Part shown: positions 8,205 through 10,092 of the stretch, in pieces | Layout of the letters: each line of letters starts with the position of its first letter | Position numbering within the stretch: the first letter of the stretch is position 1 | DNA from: Amoeboradix gromovi X-113 | Taxonomy: Eukaryota; Fungi; Sanchytriomycota | Length of the DNA: 10,092 nt | Direction of reading: 5' to 3' | Assembly (NCBI GenBank): GCA_018985225.1 | Contig: JADGIF010000362.1 | Location: 1-10,092, forward strand | Notes under the pieces: model-generated | Seen by the model: the letters and a program-made list of their open reading frames with translations, nothing else | The model's database searches: none | What the model was told of the DNA's origin: nothing | Translations under genes and position numbers: made by a program

Positions 8205-8360
8205 ATGGATATACCGACGTCAGTAGATGTCAGTTTTTGTTCAGACAACCGACATCGGACCTAAACCCATGTTTACTGTTCAAGTGGCAAGAAATGTAAC
8301 ACACCACTGAGGGAGCACAGCGATACGAATTATGACCCTATCATGTGGCACGGCAAATAT
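8205..8360 (-). ncRNA. Candidate structured RNA (possible omega-RNA scaffold) directly 3' of the Fanzor-like remnant
   Basis: Minus-strand nested stems: 8270-8262 with 8213-8205 (AUGGGUUUA/UAUAUCCAU), 8258-8249 with 8223-8214 (CCGAUGUCGG/CUGACGUCGG) and an inner UUGU-CUGA-ACAA. A second hairpin pairs 8308-8302 with 8289-8283 (AGUGGUG/UGCCACU). Most non-Watson-Crick positions are G-U on the minus strand but A-C on the plus strand. Confidence 0.45.
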
Positions 8361-8369
8361 AAGACTAGA

Positions 8370-8579
8370 CTAACTCGTATTTAAAGATCTTCTTCTGTTA
8401 TACCAATTTTCTTTCAATACTTTCAATCCCCTCTTCAAAATTAAACTAGAAGACCCTGCATCTCGTTCAAATACATGAGGTCTTTAAGTATCCAAGCAAA
8501 AGGTGCATTTTCTTAGACGGTACTCTTTTCTAGACTCATTTTGTAATGCTATACTAACATCATTACTCTTATCTATTTC
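8370..8579 (-). pseudogene. Remnant resembling the C-terminus of a TnpB/Fanzor-like nuclease (second zinc-ribbon CxxC plus RuvC-III RD)
   Basis: Manual translation gives EIDKSNDVSIALQNESRKEYRLRKCTFCLDT*RPHVFERDAGSSSLILKRGLKVLKENWYNRRRSLNTS*, with one internal TAA (8484-8486). The pattern R-x-R-x-CxxC-x9-RD-small residues-ILKRG near a C-terminus is reminiscent of TnpB/Fanzor (CxxC...RDxNAAxNI). The match is motif-level only; no RuvC-I/II or first CxxC was found. Confidence 0.5.
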
Positions 8580-8965
8580 TTTGAACTGTAATAGTGATAT
8601 TTTATTTGAAATAAAGATTGGATGAAAGAGTAAGAGAATAGCTGTACAAAATATTTATTCTCCTTTTACACTCGTCAACTCCGCAGCTAGCTGAATGTCC
8701 ACTCTTCTCTTAAATCCATAAAGTAATAAAGCTGAAATAATATTCCAAGTTGTTACAGAAAGTTAGTCCAGTTTTTATATTTGATGTCCTATGTGCTTAA
8801 ATTGTGTATTATAGGGGCATTGGACAAAATGAGTTACGTTGGATTAATAGGACAGTAGTAGTCAGAAGAGTCATTTTGATGAGGAAATGCAACCCGGTTT
8901 AGCTGCAACTAGTTGAGTCATCAAATACTTAAAAACAAAAAAAAATAAAATTTATAAATCATTTA

Positions 8966-10092
8966 CTAGACATGCGCAAATCTTTCACTGATCATCGAGT
9001 TGTACTTCGAATTGATGTCATCAAAACATGTTTTTTGAGTATCAGTCAATTTCACAGCCTCACTATTTTTAAGAGTAGGATTTTTTGGATACTCACCCGA
9101 TTCTAAAGTCTCTCTCAAAAATTCAATTCTAGAAATATATCCGATACCTAAAATTCTAGAAGTGGCATCATACTCTACTCGAATTTTCGGAAACGACAAG
9201 AGAAATAATATGCCTGCCATGTCAATAACCTTTACTCCAGAATTTTTGATTAAATCCTCCATCGGTTTATCTATCAATACAATGTCTTCACCATCCCTGA
9301 ATTCACGGTGTATACAATGTTTCGATGCAGCAGCCAATACAGCAAGAATCTTATTTTTATGATAAGCAAAACCTGAGGTTAATAAATAGTCAAAGTCAGT
9401 CAAGTGGTAATGAAACCCATTGTGGTGCAATACAGTGTTCTCATTTGGTGGTCCCATTATCCAATCCAAGTATTGCCCAAGTCGTTCAAAGTTATATTCG
9501 GAAATGTAATTTGAGACTCTGTCATTCAAAACATAGCTCAAAGTAAGTTGATTTCTAGACAAGTGACTTCTTATTTTAAGTAACACATACTTCGAAGCTA
9601 GCTTTGGAGGGGTTACCATTAGGAAATACATCCAGGAATCGCTGGTCAAAATCGGAAAATATTTCTTGCATAGATTTAAATCTGGTCTCAAGCAAAATCT
9701 GTTAATAATATAGGCCCTAAAATCAGTACGATCTCCCTCTCTAACGATGTTCATTTGTCTATTAAGCGATACCTCATCCAAAACATCAACTACTGGAATG
9801 TATATTCCGTCTATAACAGAACTATCGCCAGTGTGTAGATGAAGTAATGGCCAAAGTGCTGCTAAAAACTGAATAATTTTCGGACCATTACTTGAGATAT
9901 CTGAAAGAACATCGTTGATTCTATCTGGTTCGTTTTTCAAATTATTTAAAAGTTCAAAGTCACTGTTGCTGAGTGCAGATACAGAGTCACTGTAGCCGAT
10001 TGCAGGTACAGAGTCTGATTGAATCGCACCTATCAGTGGAACCTTTTCCTCGGGAATTTTGCCTCTACTAAAGAAACAGAGTGCAATTGATA
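8966..10092 (-). CDS. Hypothetical protein, 5'-partial (at least 374 aa)
   Basis: The frame stays open upstream of the track's TTG start to the window edge (SIALCFFSRGKIPEEKVPLIGAIQSDSVPAIGYSDSVSALSNSDFELLNN-LKNEPD...). It ends at TAG 8966-8968, followed by a T-rich tract. No domain was recognised. Confidence 0.8.
   Translation of the reverse strand, partial: SIALCFFSRGKIPEEKVPLIGAIQSDSVPAIGYSDSVSALSNSDFELLNNLKNEPDRINDVLSDISSNGPKIIQFLAALWPLLHLHTGDSSVIDGIYIPVVDVLDEVSLNRQMNIVREGDRTDFRAYIINRFCLRPDLNLCKKYFPILTSDSWMYFLMVTPPKLASKYVLLKIRSHLSRNQLTLSYVLNDRVSNYISEYNFERLGQYLDWIMGPPNENTVLHHNGFHYHLTDFDYLLTSGFAYHKNKILAVLAAASKHCIHREFRDGEDIVLIDKPMEDLIKNSGVKVIDMAGILFLLSFPKIRVEYDATSRILGIGYISRIEFLRETLESGEYPKNPTLKNSEAVKLTDTQKTCFDDINSKYNSMISERFAHV
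9958..10015 (-). repeat. Imperfect in-frame 27-bp tandem duplication (two copies plus 4 bp)
   Basis: GACTCTGTACCTGCAATCGGCTACAGT / GACTCTGTATCTGCACTCAGCAACAGT / GACT; the copies are 23/27 identical and encode DSVPAIGYS / DSVSALSNS. Confidence 0.8.

Larger units (their letters stand above)
8195..8730 (-). mobile_element. Possible internally deleted, non-autonomous element carrying the Fanzor-like 3' end
   Basis: Imperfect inverted repeat: the reverse complement of 8195-8210 (ATCCATAA-GTGATAAA) aligns with 8714-8730 (ATCCATAAAGTAATAAA), with one mismatch and one indel. It encloses the remnant and the stem-loops. The repeat is AT-rich and no clear target-site duplication is seen. Confidence 0.3.

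Noticed and set aside
8641-8700. Minus-strand CGVDECKRR as the TnpB/Fanzor VDExxTSxxC motif
   Set aside because: It is in a different frame from the remnant and lacks the TS and CxxC that should follow.
8909-8928. Minus-strand GTATTTGATGACTCAACTAG, a 20-nt intron-like string
   Set aside because: It lies outside any coding region and lacks the TAAC spacing. GTATTT followed by a nearby TAG is expected occasionally by chance in AT-rich DNA.
9162-9546. Plus-strand ORFs 9162-9362 and 9325-9546
   Set aside because: They are short antisense overlaps of the longer minus-strand ORF.
1-10092. tRNA, rRNA, CRISPR array or prokaryotic operon signals
   Set aside because: No cloverleaf or T-loop consensus, rRNA-like segment or regularly spaced repeats were seen, and the gene content is eukaryotic.

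Overview
AT-rich, gene-dense eukaryotic DNA, most likely from a fungus or fungus-related lineage with a compact genome; the standard genetic code fits. It holds five protein genes: separase (988-4107, -), a tandem-CBS-domain protein with a degenerate cystathionine beta-synthase-like N-terminus (4251-5150, +), a C2H2 zinc-finger protein (5383-5980, +), a Ste20/PAK kinase (6037-8121, +) and a 5'-truncated orphan ORF (8966->10092, -). Two things are missed by the ORF track. (1) Ultra-short spliceosomal introns of 19 and 21 nt, plus a weaker 17-nt candidate. The 19- and 21-nt introns share GTATTT...TAACNTAG, and removing them restores the truncated zinc-finger and kinase C-termini. (2) On the minus strand at ~8195-8730, a decayed reading frame resembling the CxxC...RD C-terminus of TnpB/Fanzor nucleases. 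It is followed by strand-specific RNA stem-loops and bracketed by an imperfect inverted repeat, making it a candidate non-autonomous Fanzor/omega-RNA locus. Bases 1-960 could not be confidently annotated.
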